From a virus (lineage: Duplodnaviria > Caudoviricetes), in IMG/VR virus record IMGVR_UViG_3300034357_000407, positions 1-52,799 of that record: DNA of 52,799 nucleotides; one strand, given 5' to 3'. A program made the translations under genes and the position numbers. Numbering within the stretch: position 1 is the stretch's first letter; every line of letters begins with the position of its first letter. Shown piece after piece: positions 43,884-52,511 of the stretch. The notes below the pieces were generated by a model. That model had not been told where the DNA came from. It worked only from the letters and a program-made list of their open reading frames with translations, and made no database searches.

Positions 43884-45446
43884 ATGGTTATAAAAGAAGT
43901 TAAATTTAATCAAGAAGCAAAAGAGCCTTTAATTAAAGGTATCTCAACGGTTTGTGATGCAGTTGCTACAACTATGGGATATAGGGGTAGAACAGTATTA
44001 ATTGAGAGTCCAGGAGGACTACCAATCGTAACAAAGGATGGTGTATCAGTAGCGGAAAGTATTTTCCTTGAAGATGCAACAGAAAGTTTAGGTTGTGAAT
44101 TTGTAAAACAAGCTTGTAGAAAAACAGTTAACGAAGCGGGTGATGGCACAACTGGTACAGCTGTACTTACAAAGGCAATTATCGATAATAGCCAGAAGTA
44201 TTTAAAGAAAGGTGAATCAGCAATCGATTTAAAGAATGGTATTGACTTTGCCGTAAAAGAAGTTGTTGATTATATCAAGAGTACATCTAAAGAAGTTGAT
44301 GATTCTTATTTATTTGATGTTGCAAGAATATCTGCAAACAATGATTCTGAATTAGGGGAGATAATCGCAAAAGCATTTATATCTGCTGGAAAGAATGGAG
44401 TAGTATCTTACGAGCAATCAGAAAGTTCAGAAACCTATTTGGACTTTATTGATGGTATGCCGATTGCAAGAGGGTATGAATTTGAGGGATTTGTAAATAA
44501 ACCAGAGAATAGATCAATTGAGTTTAACAACAACCCTTTCATATTACTATCAAATAGAAGATTTCAGAATATTACAGAATTACTGCCTGTTATAGAATTT
44601 TGTCACCACGCAAAGAAAGAGCTACTTATCATTTCTGAAATGGAGTTTGAGGTTATGAAGGTGTTATATGCCAATAAAAAGAATGGTCTTAAGGTAGCTA
44701 CAATTATACCGCCAAGTATAGGTGAGAAGCGTAGAGATTACTTAACTGACATTTCCTTGGCAACAGGTGGTTTAATTATTGATTTAGATACCTCTACAAA
44801 CATTGAAGGGTATGATATGAATGAACTACTTGGTAAATGTAGTCGATTGACTGTAACTAAAGATGATACTGTATTGTTCTTTAATGAGAAACCTAATGCA
44901 GATAGGGTTCAATCAAAGATTGAAGAGCTGAATAAAGTAATCAAGAATTCAAATAACAATTTAGAGAAGGAATACTTAAGAGACCGTATCTCAAAATTAG
45001 CTTGTGGTGTTTCTGTAATTAAAGTCGGAGGAACAACTGAAGTAGAAATTAAGGAGAAGATTGATAGAGTAGATGACGCAATCAATGCGGTTAAGAGTGC
45101 GATATCAGAAGGTGTAGTTGTAGGAGGAGGTTTAGCGCTATATAACGCCTCTTTAAAGCTCGTTCCTGTATCAAAAGGATATAAGTGCCTACTTGAGTCA
45201 ATTCAAGCTCCTATGCGCACTATTTTAAGTAATGCAGGGGTTAAGTTGGATTCGATTGAAGGAAACTTATTAGCACAAAAAGATAACTACGGATATGATG
45301 TTAAGGATTACGAAATTGTAGATATGTTTGAGAAAGGAATTATAGATCCTTCAAAGGTAATTAGATTAGCCTTAGAGAATGCTGCAAGTGTAGCTACAAC
45401 AGTTTTATTAACCAATACCACAATAACACATAAAAGAAGTAACTAA
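43884..45446 (+). CDS. groEL: Phage-encoded chaperonin GroEL
   Basis: VTKDGVSVA, AGDGTT, ISANND, VGGTTEVEIKEKIDRVDDA, GIIDPSKV; lacks the GGM tail. Confidence 0.97.
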   Translation: MVIKEVKFNQEAKEPLIKGISTVCDAVATTMGYRGRTVLIESPGGLPIVTKDGVSVAESIFLEDATESLGCEFVKQACRKTVNEAGDGTTGTAVLTKAIIDNSQKYLKKGESAIDLKNGIDFAVKEVVDYIKSTSKEVDDSYLFDVARISANNDSELGEIIAKAFISAGKNGVVSYEQSESSETYLDFIDGMPIARGYEFEGFVNKPENRSIEFNNNPFILLSNRRFQNITELLPVIEFCHHAKKELLIISEMEFEVMKVLYANKKNGLKVATIIPPSIGEKRRDYLTDISLATGGLIIDLDTSTNIEGYDMNELLGKCSRLTVTKDDTVLFFNEKPNADRVQSKIEELNKVIKNSNNNLEKEYLRDRISKLACGVSVIKVGGTTEVEIKEKIDRVDDAINAVKSAISEGVVVGGGLALYNASLKLVPVSKGYKCLLESIQAPMRTILSNAGVKLDSIEGNLLAQKDNYGYDVKDYEIVDMFEKGIIDPSKVIRLALENAASVATTVLLTNTTITHKRSN

Positions 45447-45697
45447 TGAAGGTAGTATTAAGTAACATTTTAGTTAAGGAAATTAAGGAAGACGTGAAGA
45501 CAAGTAGCGGTCTTTATTTAGGAGATGGTCAAGATATTAAGTTTCACAGAGGTGAAGTAATTGAGATTGGAGAGAATGTAGATAAGGTTAATGTTGGAGA
45601 AACCATTTGGTTTGATAGACACAGAACATACCCTATCAATTATCAAGGAACTGAATACTTGGTTATGGGGTATGAAAATGTAGTAATTGTAGAATAG
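45446..45697 (+). CDS. groES: Co-chaperonin GroES
   Basis: KTSSGLYL mobile loop, GEVIEIG, VNVGETIWF; translationally coupled to groEL (TAATG). Confidence 0.9.
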   Translation: MKVVLSNILVKEIKEDVKTSSGLYLGDGQDIKFHRGEVIEIGENVDKVNVGETIWFDRHRTYPINYQGTEYLVMGYENVVIVE

Positions 45698-45722
45698 GCG
45701 TTTCAATTTTTTCAAAGAACAC

Positions 45723-45754
45723 AAAAAAAAGAGAGGGTTTAATCACCCTCTCTT
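45723..45754. terminator. Terminator between groES and the convergent gene
   Basis: AAGAGAGGGT-TTAATC-ACCCTCTCTT with A8 on the left; overlaps the stop of 45739..46431. Confidence 0.7.
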
Positions 45755-46431
45755 ATTATTTCATCCTCTAAATGATTTCCTAAACCACCATTTAAAATTT
45801 CATTCCTCTTCTTGTTATACTCAACCATAAGTTTTGCGATCCTCTTATCTTTATAACTTGTTTCGTAGCTATTAAAGAATTTATTACTTGAAGAGTACTC
45901 GCTAATTTCTTCTTGCATAGTTAGTTTCTTATATATACTAGAAACCCTTCTATTTGCCTTTATGGTTAATCTATACAATCTATTTCCTGCAACCTTAATC
46001 ATTGTATTGCCAGGAAGAGCCTCTATCAATCCTAAATCAATAAACCTCTTTATGCTCTTGTTTTTTTGAAGCATTGCTGAGTTATATACATCAAACTCCT
46101 TCTTTGAGAATAGTGGCTCTGAATAAAAGTACATAAGCATCTCTATTTCATCAATAGTTAAATCATACATTACAGAAGCCCATCTCTTTACAATACCATA
46201 AAACTTCATAAAGTCGAACTCTCTATTGCAAGATATAACCTTTACAACCTTCTTCTTGAGTGGTCTTTTTTTTGACCTCTCGTACTTCCGCTTCATTGGT
46301 CTATACTTCTTTGCTTTATGTATAGTACTATCTGCAATTGGTTTTATTAAGAAACTATTGATTTCAGACAAGACTTTCTCTTCCTTGAGTGTTTTTTCAT
46401 TCTGCTCTAAAAAGTCCTTAAAATCGCTCAT
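45739..46431 (-). CDS. Winged-helix (MarR-like) protein with basic N-terminal extension
   Basis: LTIDEIEMLMYF...IKRFIDLGLIE...LYRLTIKANR. Confidence 0.5.
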   Translation of the reverse strand: MSDFKDFLEQNEKTLKEEKVLSEINSFLIKPIADSTIHKAKKYRPMKRKYERSKKRPLKKKVVKVISCNREFDFMKFYGIVKRWASVMYDLTIDEIEMLMYFYSEPLFSKKEFDVYNSAMLQKNKSIKRFIDLGLIEALPGNTMIKVAGNRLYRLTIKANRRVSSIYKKLTMQEEISEYSSSNKFFNSYETSYKDKRIAKLMVEYNKKRNEILNGGLGNHLEDEIIREGD

Positions 46432-46434
46432 AAA

Positions 46435-47271
46435 CTATTTCTTTTTGCCTCTTTGTTTAGAGTCTTTTATTTTTTTTTCTAATGTTGGTAATTTAATTCC
46501 ATTTGATACAGAAAAGTTGCTAATACCAACAAGATATACGTTAACTAAAGGATATTCAATTCCATTAACTTTTATAAAACAATTGCTTATCTCTTTTTTT
46601 AATTTATCATATCTTTCCGATCCTTTTAAAAACCATTTTTTTGAATAGCCTGTTTTATTTAATTTATACAAAGACTTTGAATCAAGTCCTGTATTTTTAA
46701 AAAACACATCTTTATCGTTTAACGTATGTTCTTCATTGTTTAAATTTATAACTGTCAATCCTTTTCGAAAAGAATCTTTTTTAGTATTTCTTCTTTTTTT
46801 AAATGTTTCTTCGTTTATTAAATTTATCCAGCTTCCTTTTGTTTTTCCAAATAACTCACTTATTTCTCTGTAACTTATATTTGGATTAGAAAATAACTCG
46901 TTTATGTATTCTTCTTCTTTATGCAGTTCTGGTATTTTTTTACTATAAAAACCTCCTAAAGCAGTATTGTAATTACCTTCATTAATAACCCAATCGGTAT
47001 TTACGATAATTGACTCCTCTTCATAAGCTTCTTCAATCGTATCAAAAAAACAAAGTACTTCCATTTTGAAATTAGAATATCCGTATTTATTTACCGCTCT
47101 AACGAATTTATTAGAGTTTCCTCTTTTAATTTGAGAATCACAAGAAGCTTTACTTTTTATTCCATTCCCTATATATCCATCGTTTATATTATTTGTAGAG
47201 TGAACTCCAATATATGTCTTTCCGTTTAAAGTATTTTTAGTTTGATATGTGAAATTATATTTCTTGTTCAT
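46435..47271 (-). CDS. Free-standing GIY-YIG (Seg-like) homing endonuclease
   Basis: FTYQTKNTLNGKTYIGVHST...GYIGNG...KYGYSNF...YNTALGG; C-terminal HTH-like segments. Confidence 0.85.
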   Translation of the reverse strand: MNKKYNFTYQTKNTLNGKTYIGVHSTNNINDGYIGNGIKSKASCDSQIKRGNSNKFVRAVNKYGYSNFKMEVLCFFDTIEEAYEEESIIVNTDWVINEGNYNTALGGFYSKKIPELHKEEEYINELFSNPNISYREISELFGKTKGSWINLINEETFKKRRNTKKDSFRKGLTVINLNNEEHTLNDKDVFFKNTGLDSKSLYKLNKTGYSKKWFLKGSERYDKLKKEISNCFIKVNGIEYPLVNVYLVGISNFSVSNGIKLPTLEKKIKDSKQRGKKK

Positions 47272-47274
47272 AAT

Positions 47275-47538
47275 TTATTTTCTTGCTCTTATATCTCCTT
47301 TTGTGCCACCGTTTTTTGAATTTCTACCTCTATTAACAGATTGCTTAACCATTTTTTTGGTAGCGTGGTCGTAGTCTTTACCATCTCCATTACCATAAGT
47401 CCCCCTATCTCGATTAACCTTATTCAATTCAACCCTCTTCTTAACTTGTTCAGGTTTTTTATTATACTCCTTTTGGTACGCATCTTTCTTTGCTTTAGCC
47501 TTCGGATTGTCTTTATAGTACTTAGCAGTTTCTTTCAT
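47275..47538 (-). CDS. Small basic protein with degenerate HNH-like motif
   Basis: GDGKDYDH...NRGRN. Confidence 0.55.
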   Translation of the reverse strand: MKETAKYYKDNPKAKAKKDAYQKEYNKKPEQVKKRVELNKVNRDRGTYGNGDGKDYDHATKKMVKQSVNRGRNSKNGGTKGDIRARK

Positions 47539-47917
47539 ATTTCTTCATTTCGTTTAATAATTCATATCTTTCTCTTGTAATTAATTCATCTTCAATTAGT
47601 TGTTCAGCTTCATCAAGTCTGCCTTCATATACTAGATCATCTAACTCATCAGAGAAGACAATTGAGTTTGATTCTAATAGTACATCGCCTCTTCTGTCAT
47701 ATATAATATCCTCTTCCTGATTACACACAATAGAGGCTATAATTGATATTGGTATTGAAGTTGACATATAATCATCTTTGTTTGTGTTGTGTAGCTGGTC
47801 TATTGAATCATAAATCATTCTAGCTAACTCGAAGTTATTGTCTTCATCTATAAAGTTATCTACTCGATTAAATAATTCTACATTTATTGCAGTAAATTCT
47901 GGGCTGTTGCTTTCCAT
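47522..47917 (-). CDS. Acidic hypothetical protein
   Basis: 131-aa ORF coupled to neighbours. Confidence 0.65.
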   Translation of the reverse strand: MESNSPEFTAINVELFNRVDNFIDEDNNFELARMIYDSIDQLHNTNKDDYMSTSIPISIIASIVCNQEEDIIYDRRGDVLLESNSIVFSDELDDLVYEGRLDEAEQLIEDELITRERYELLNEMKKYERNC

Positions 47918-48237
47918 TGATTGTCTGTTACGTTAATTACCTCTGTGTATGTTCTTCTACTTATTTCTCTTAATTCTGTTTCGTCATTATCAAGGTGTAT
48001 ATCTACTCCTTCCATATAATGTTGTTTCTTATCTCCATTAGTGTAAACAATTTTGTTTATACCAAGTTTATTAGTTATCTTTATTAAGTCTTGATTAAGG
48101 TATTTGCTATGCCTTGTTGTAGTCACAATTACATTATATCCACCTTCAATTAACTCCTTAGCGTATTCTTGTACTGATGGTAATGATAATGTGGCATCAA
48201 AATCAAAACTTACTGTTATGTTATTATTTTCTACCAT
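47884..48237 (-). CDS. HAD-superfamily phosphatase
   Basis: VSFDFDATL (DxD motif I), VTTTR (II), K (III), HLDND (IV). Confidence 0.8.
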   Translation of the reverse strand: MVENNNITVSFDFDATLSLPSVQEYAKELIEGGYNVIVTTTRHSKYLNQDLIKITNKLGINKIVYTNGDKKQHYMEGVDIHLDNDETELREISRRTYTEVINVTDNQWKATAQNLLQ

Positions 48238-48239
48238 AT

Positions 48240-48566
48240 CTAATTTACATCATTAAAGTACATTTCGTCATCATTCTCTTCATACACAAAAGACCATTTA
48301 GTGTAATGATAAAACTTTGTGTTTTGTAATATATTAAGTCTATCTAAAACCGCATAATCATCAACATTAATTATATTATCGTCTATTTTGCCGAACATAT
48401 CGTAGAAATCTGTTCCTATCAAGACCACTACGTCAGGCATAGAATCGTCAGATTGAAAATTAACCAATATTTCTCCCTTGAATTTATTTGCTAATAGTAA
48501 TGAGAATAAAAATACATTTGGTCTCTTTATCTGTGAGTTAAAATCCTCTATAAATCTTTCAATCAT
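48240..48566 (-). CDS. Hypothetical protein
   Basis: 108-aa ORF with its own promoter. Confidence 0.65.
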   Translation of the reverse strand: MIERFIEDFNSQIKRPNVFLFSLLLANKFKGEILVNFQSDDSMPDVVVLIGTDFYDMFGKIDDNIINVDDYAVLDRLNILQNTKFYHYTKWSFVYEENDDEMYFNDVN

Positions 48567-48582
48567 AAATTAAATCTTTTCA

Positions 48583-48590
48583 CAAAAGTA
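48583..48590 (-). promoter_or_regulatory. -7 promoter element
   Basis: Minus strand TACTTTTG. Confidence 0.55.
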
Positions 48591-48592
48591 AT

Positions 48593-48624
48593 AAAAAAAG
48601 ACCAAACAAAATGAATGGTCTTTT
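48593..48624 (-). terminator. Intrinsic terminator
   Basis: AAAAGACCA...TGGTCTTTT inverted repeat with A tract on +. Confidence 0.6.
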
Positions 48625-48651
48625 AATTGTAATCTGATTAAGTAATTTAAC

Positions 48652-48948
48652 CTAAGATACCGCAGTAACGCTTTGACTTACCCAAGCAGTAGCTGCTGTT
48701 TTTGTGTAAACTAAACCGCCAGCAGAAATACTTCTACACACAACTCTTGTTCCAATAGGATTTGTTCCATAAGTTGAGTTTAATGTTGCTAATGATAATG
48801 CAGATGTAGTTGTATTAACTACTAATCCTAATAAGTCGTCAGCAGTATATACTTCTGTTGTACTTCCGATTGCACTACCTCTTTTTTCTTCAATAGATAC
48901 ATCTGCTGATATACCTACAAATTGTGTTCCAGTTGGAATTGTTGCCAT
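48652..48948 (-). CDS. Small structural (decoration-like) protein
   Basis: T/S/A-rich; N-terminus shared with 48978..49622; followed by a terminator. Confidence 0.55.
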   Translation of the reverse strand: MATIPTGTQFVGISADVSIEEKRGSAIGSTTEVYTADDLLGLVVNTTTSALSLATLNSTYGTNPIGTRVVCRSISAGGLVYTKTAATAWVSQSVTAVS

Positions 48949-48977
48949 AATCTTCTTTTTATTATTTGTTTTATTTA

Positions 48978-49622
48978 TTAAAATGTTTTACTTAATGTAA
49001 ATATCTCTGAATAAATTGAATCTGCCACATTAGCTGAACCCCATTGAGCAGTTACATCTAATGTATTACTAATCGTTGTATCAAATGTATCACCATTTAT
49101 AATACTAAAGTTAGTTCCTTCGAAATTCAACCCAGAGTTCTTTGTGTATGAGAAAATACCACCAGAAGCAATAGAAGCTGTACCTGCACCACCAATTTCT
49201 CTAATTGTAAAGTAAACATTAATTTCCCAATGTCTATTTGTTATGGTATCTAAGTCAATTATACCTGTGTCAGCAAGTACTAAAGAGCCTGCCTTAATCT
49301 TTAATCTTAATGTGGCAGCTGAATTACAAGATATATGACCAATTAACTTTGCGTGGTATGAATCACCAACCTTAAATGCATTTGCAGGAACAGATAATGA
49401 TCCAATACCGATACCAATTAAACTACTCTCTGTAGTTGTATTTGCTATTGGAGTACTACTTGTTGTTTGAGAGAACAAACCTACTAATGGATTTATATAA
49501 CCATAAATATCCTGTAGCGAGTAGTATTCTGTCTTAGAATTATTAAGAGACCCTTTCTTTTCTATTAAATCAACCTTAGATGAATCTACACCTAAGAATC
49601 TCGTATTGGTATCTATAGACAT
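48978..49622 (-). CDS. Structural protein with beta-sandwich C-terminal domain
   Basis: Shared N-terminus; GSLSVPANAFKVGDSY...FDTTISNTLDVTAQW domain. Confidence 0.55.
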   Translation of the reverse strand: MSIDTNTRFLGVDSSKVDLIEKKGSLNNSKTEYYSLQDIYGYINPLVGLFSQTTSSTPIANTTTESSLIGIGIGSLSVPANAFKVGDSYHAKLIGHISCNSAATLRLKIKAGSLVLADTGIIDLDTITNRHWEINVYFTIREIGGAGTASIASGGIFSYTKNSGLNFEGTNFSIINGDTFDTTISNTLDVTAQWGSANVADSIYSEIFTLSKTF

Positions 49623-49625
49623 AAT

Positions 49626-49760
49626 CTATTTCTTCTTAAAAGCAGTACCCATCTTCTCTTTCTTCTCGAAAGCCTTACCTTCTTTTTTCTCGTGTTTAGC
49701 CTTAGCTGTTTTAGAAGTGTATTTTTCTTTTCCTCCGTATTCTTTAATCATTTTTTTCAT
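49626..49760 (-). CDS. 44-aa lysine-rich protein (start re-called at 49760)
   Basis: MKKMIKEYGGKEKYTSKTAKAKHEKKEGKAFEKKEKMGTAFKKK; promoter at 49789-49796. Confidence 0.65.
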   Translation of the reverse strand: MKKMIKEYGGKEKYTSKTAKAKHEKKEGKAFEKKEKMGTAFKKK

Positions 49761-49788
49761 ATCGTAGAATGTTTTTATTTTTGATTTG

Positions 49789-49796
49789 CAAAGATA
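49789..49796 (-). promoter_or_regulatory. -7 promoter element
   Basis: Minus strand TATCTTTG. Confidence 0.6.
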
Positions 49797-49800
49797 CAAA

Positions 49801-50013
49801 TTATTCAACCACATTTATAAAGTTTCCATTCTTATCGTGTAATGTGGTTAGCTCAAACTTTTTATCTAAACCACTAAGTACCACTTCGTTTAATTGAAAT
49901 ACCATCTGAAATACATTGAAGTCAACTGAACCTCCGTTCTCTTTGTAGTATCTATAAAACCAACCTATATCGAATTGATTGGTATTCCTCATTTGAATGT
50001 ATTGCTCTTTCAT
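49801..50013 (-). CDS. Hypothetical protein
   Basis: 70-aa ORF in operon. Confidence 0.65.
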   Translation of the reverse strand: MKEQYIQMRNTNQFDIGWFYRYYKENGGSVDFNVFQMVFQLNEVVLSGLDKKFELTTLHDKNGNFINVVE

Positions 50014-50016
50014 AAC

Positions 50017-50214
50017 TTATTCATTTACATATTTGAATTGCCAATATTCTTCTCCATTGTGAAATATACAATCTAACTTACCAATTATTTTAGGTCCAAA
50101 TTTATTAATTAAGTATTCAGCGTATTCATCTGATTTAACTTTAAAAAGTTCGTCACTCATTTCAATACCCTCTTTTAAGTGTATTCTTTTTGCAATGTAT
50201 TTTTTATCTATCAT
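50017..50214 (-). CDS. Hypothetical protein
   Basis: 65-aa ORF in operon. Confidence 0.6.
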   Translation of the reverse strand: MIDKKYIAKRIHLKEGIEMSDELFKVKSDEYAEYLINKFGPKIIGKLDCIFHNGEEYWQFKYVNE

Positions 50215-50217
50215 ATC

Positions 50218-51129
50218 TTATTTGTTTTTAAATTCTCTTAACCAATTATTATACTCATCTAAAGAATCTTGTACCTCGTCTTCTAACCATAAATTATATA
50301 CTGTATTTATATGTAGATTAGACTTTCCAGCTACTTTTCTCTTTGTAAGCCTTGTTTCCATTTCTTCTTTGAATTTTACTATAGATGAGCTTATGGTAAA
50401 TACATTAGACATCTTTACGAATTCAGCATATATACTTGTCTTGAATACATCAGTATTATATTTATCTATATCATTCTTAAATAATGCATATACATTGCTT
50501 ATTGTTTTCTTTGGTATACCACTTAATTCTTCTATGTCAGATATAGTTAAGAATGTATTCCCTTTATTACCTTCCTCTATTAATAGATTAACAGCATTCT
50601 CTATTTTATTTAATGTTTGTATTCTTTTACTTTTATTATATTGATTCATAACGAGCTTTCTTTTACCCTCATACAATACACCTTCTATAATTTTATCTTC
50701 ACCACCAATATTAGTGTATGGTCTTACCCAAAAGTATTTTTTTATTATTGGTCTTACTTCATACAAACCACTCTTTACCTTCTTTATATTCTTTAGTATT
50801 ATGTTCCTATCAATATGAAAAGAATCGGTATCAAAATAAGTTTTGCATACAAGGTCCATATACTCAAATAAAACCTCATCTGATTTATCTATATTCAAAA
50901 ATGCCACAACAGAAGCAACCCTAAATGCATTAGCAAAGTTACCTCTTGATACATTGCAGTATGCACTATAGTTATAATACCCATCATCTATGTAATACCC
51001 TGCTAGTGTTCCATTACTACTATAAACTTCTGTACCTATTCTTTCTGCCTCATCTAAATCTATCTCACTACTTGTAAGTATTAATTTATTAGATACCAAA
51101 CATTCGCTTAACCTGTCAATCAATTCCAT
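50218..51129 (-). CDS. DNA-binding protein with two C-terminal HTH motifs (start re-called at 51129)
   Basis: LTISDIEELSGIPKKTISNVY and LTKRKVAGKSNLHINTVYNLW; the promoter at 51151-51158 lies inside the longer call. Confidence 0.6.
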   Translation of the reverse strand: MELIDRLSECLVSNKLILTSSEIDLDEAERIGTEVYSSNGTLAGYYIDDGYYNYSAYCNVSRGNFANAFRVASVVAFLNIDKSDEVLFEYMDLVCKTYFDTDSFHIDRNIILKNIKKVKSGLYEVRPIIKKYFWVRPYTNIGGEDKIIEGVLYEGKRKLVMNQYNKSKRIQTLNKIENAVNLLIEEGNKGNTFLTISDIEELSGIPKKTISNVYALFKNDIDKYNTDVFKTSIYAEFVKMSNVFTISSSIVKFKEEMETRLTKRKVAGKSNLHINTVYNLWLEDEVQDSLDEYNNWLREFKNK

Positions 51130-51150
51130 TATATACTTTATTTTATTACA

Positions 51151-51158
51151 CAAATATA
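51151..51158 (-). promoter_or_regulatory. -7 promoter element
   Basis: Minus strand TTTCG-TATATTTG. Confidence 0.6.
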
Positions 51159-51743
51159 CGAAAATATACAATGCAATTACACCCTTGTATAAGTATACAA
51201 CATACCACTTAATCATTCTATAATATAACCTATATCAATGGCTAAGGTGTATCTTGTATGTTTTTTATATTCTAGTTAGATAAGTGTGTTGTATTTCAGT
51301 TAGTATGGTCATTTGTTGGTATTATAACCCCGCCCAACGATCACCACCCTCCCCGCCAAAACTTTTCTCCATTCAGTACGGGGGTCTACTTTCAAAATGT
51401 TTCTCTCAAAGTTTTTGCCTTTTTAGGCTGCTTTAATGTTGTGGTATTTTATCAACCTACAATTTAAGGCAATAACATTGCATGATCTTTATTAGTTGTT
51501 TTATAGTTCTATTTTTTAAAACCAAAGTACAAAGGTTTATTTTTTTTGTAGGTCCAACCGAAGGACCAAACGAATATATTTTTAAGGTCCTTTGTGTTGT
51601 TTGTCGGTGCAACTATTCTAAAAACCTAAATTAAAATTTCACTAAAATAACTACATTATAAAAGTCAATATAGAATTAAATTATAATATCATAAAATTGT
51701 ATAAAATGTAACTACTTGAAAATCAATATACTTGAAATAAAAC

Positions 51744-51866
51744 TGTTAAAACTTTGTTAAATTTTTACCTAAGTTATTGTTATTCTAAAATAAATAACTA
51801 ATTTTACATCATGTTAATAAGGTTAAAAAATAAGGTATTAAAAAAACTTTGTTAACTAAATGTTAA
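51744..51866 (+). repeat. TGTTAA direct repeats, two pairs with 11-bp period
   Basis: TGTTAA at 51744/51755 and 51850/51861, single copy at 51812. Confidence 0.55.
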
Positions 51867-51894
51867 AATTTATACAAGTTTAAAAATACTTTTA

Positions 51895-51902
51895 TACTTT
51901 TG
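51895..51902 (+). promoter_or_regulatory. -7 promoter element for the putative early gene
   Basis: TACTTTTG. Confidence 0.55.
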
Positions 51903-51953
51903 ACAAAGAATTAAACAAGTAAAAAAAATAATCTAATTTAAAATTTATCAATC

Positions 51954-52511
51954 ATGAAAGCAACAGTAAAAAACAACAGTACAAAAGTAGCAACTAAAAA
52001 AGCTAATTCAAGAGTAGAAAATTTAATTGTATCAAATGTAAATCTAGTAAAAGAAACCAAGGCAAAAGTTGTAAAAGTAGCTAAAACAAAAGAAGAAATA
52101 GCACAAAAAAGATTATTGAACCCACAATTTTCGCACCTTGTTAGTAAACAAAAAAAGACAAATGAATTACTTTACAAAAGTGATGCTACAAAAGTTTTAA
52201 TAGGTGCAAAAAAGATAATTGACACTATTGAAATTGAAAGCTATAATTTATACGAAAATGCAAACTTAATAGACAAATGTAAAAGTTTTATAAACTTTGT
52301 AACTAAAACCAACAAAGCAAATGAAATAGTTAATGCGGAATTGTACAAAGGTATTTTATCAAATGTACGTACAACAAAATCTGGCTTATATAATGAATTT
52401 TACTTTGCCCAACTAGTACAAAAAATAGTAACGTTATCAATTAATAAAGGTTATGATTTTCAAACAGCCTTGAATATAATATCTGAACAAAAAAGAAACG
52501 ATAAAAAATAA
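51954..52511 (+). CDS. Basic hypothetical protein, probable first early gene
   Basis: 185-aa K/N-rich ORF after the long non-coding block. Confidence 0.7.
   Translation: MKATVKNNSTKVATKKANSRVENLIVSNVNLVKETKAKVVKVAKTKEEIAQKRLLNPQFSHLVSKQKKTNELLYKSDATKVLIGAKKIIDTIEIESYNLYENANLIDKCKSFINFVTKTNKANEIVNAELYKGILSNVRTTKSGLYNEFYFAQLVQKIVTLSINKGYDFQTALNIISEQKRNDKK

Noticed and set aside
978-50924. Antisense and shadow ORFs in the track (e.g. 978..1166, 9112..9468, 15175..15633, 17494..17718, 29386..29706, 31786..32049, 38432..38674, 46226..46648, 50195..50644)
   Set aside because: They lie opposite well-supported genes and have the S/L/F/I-rich composition expected from reverse-complemented K/E-rich codons
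43811-51216. Longest-ORF starts at 43876, 49814 and 51216
   Set aside because: Each extension runs through a TAnnTTTG promoter; ATGs at 43810, 49760 and 51129 fit better
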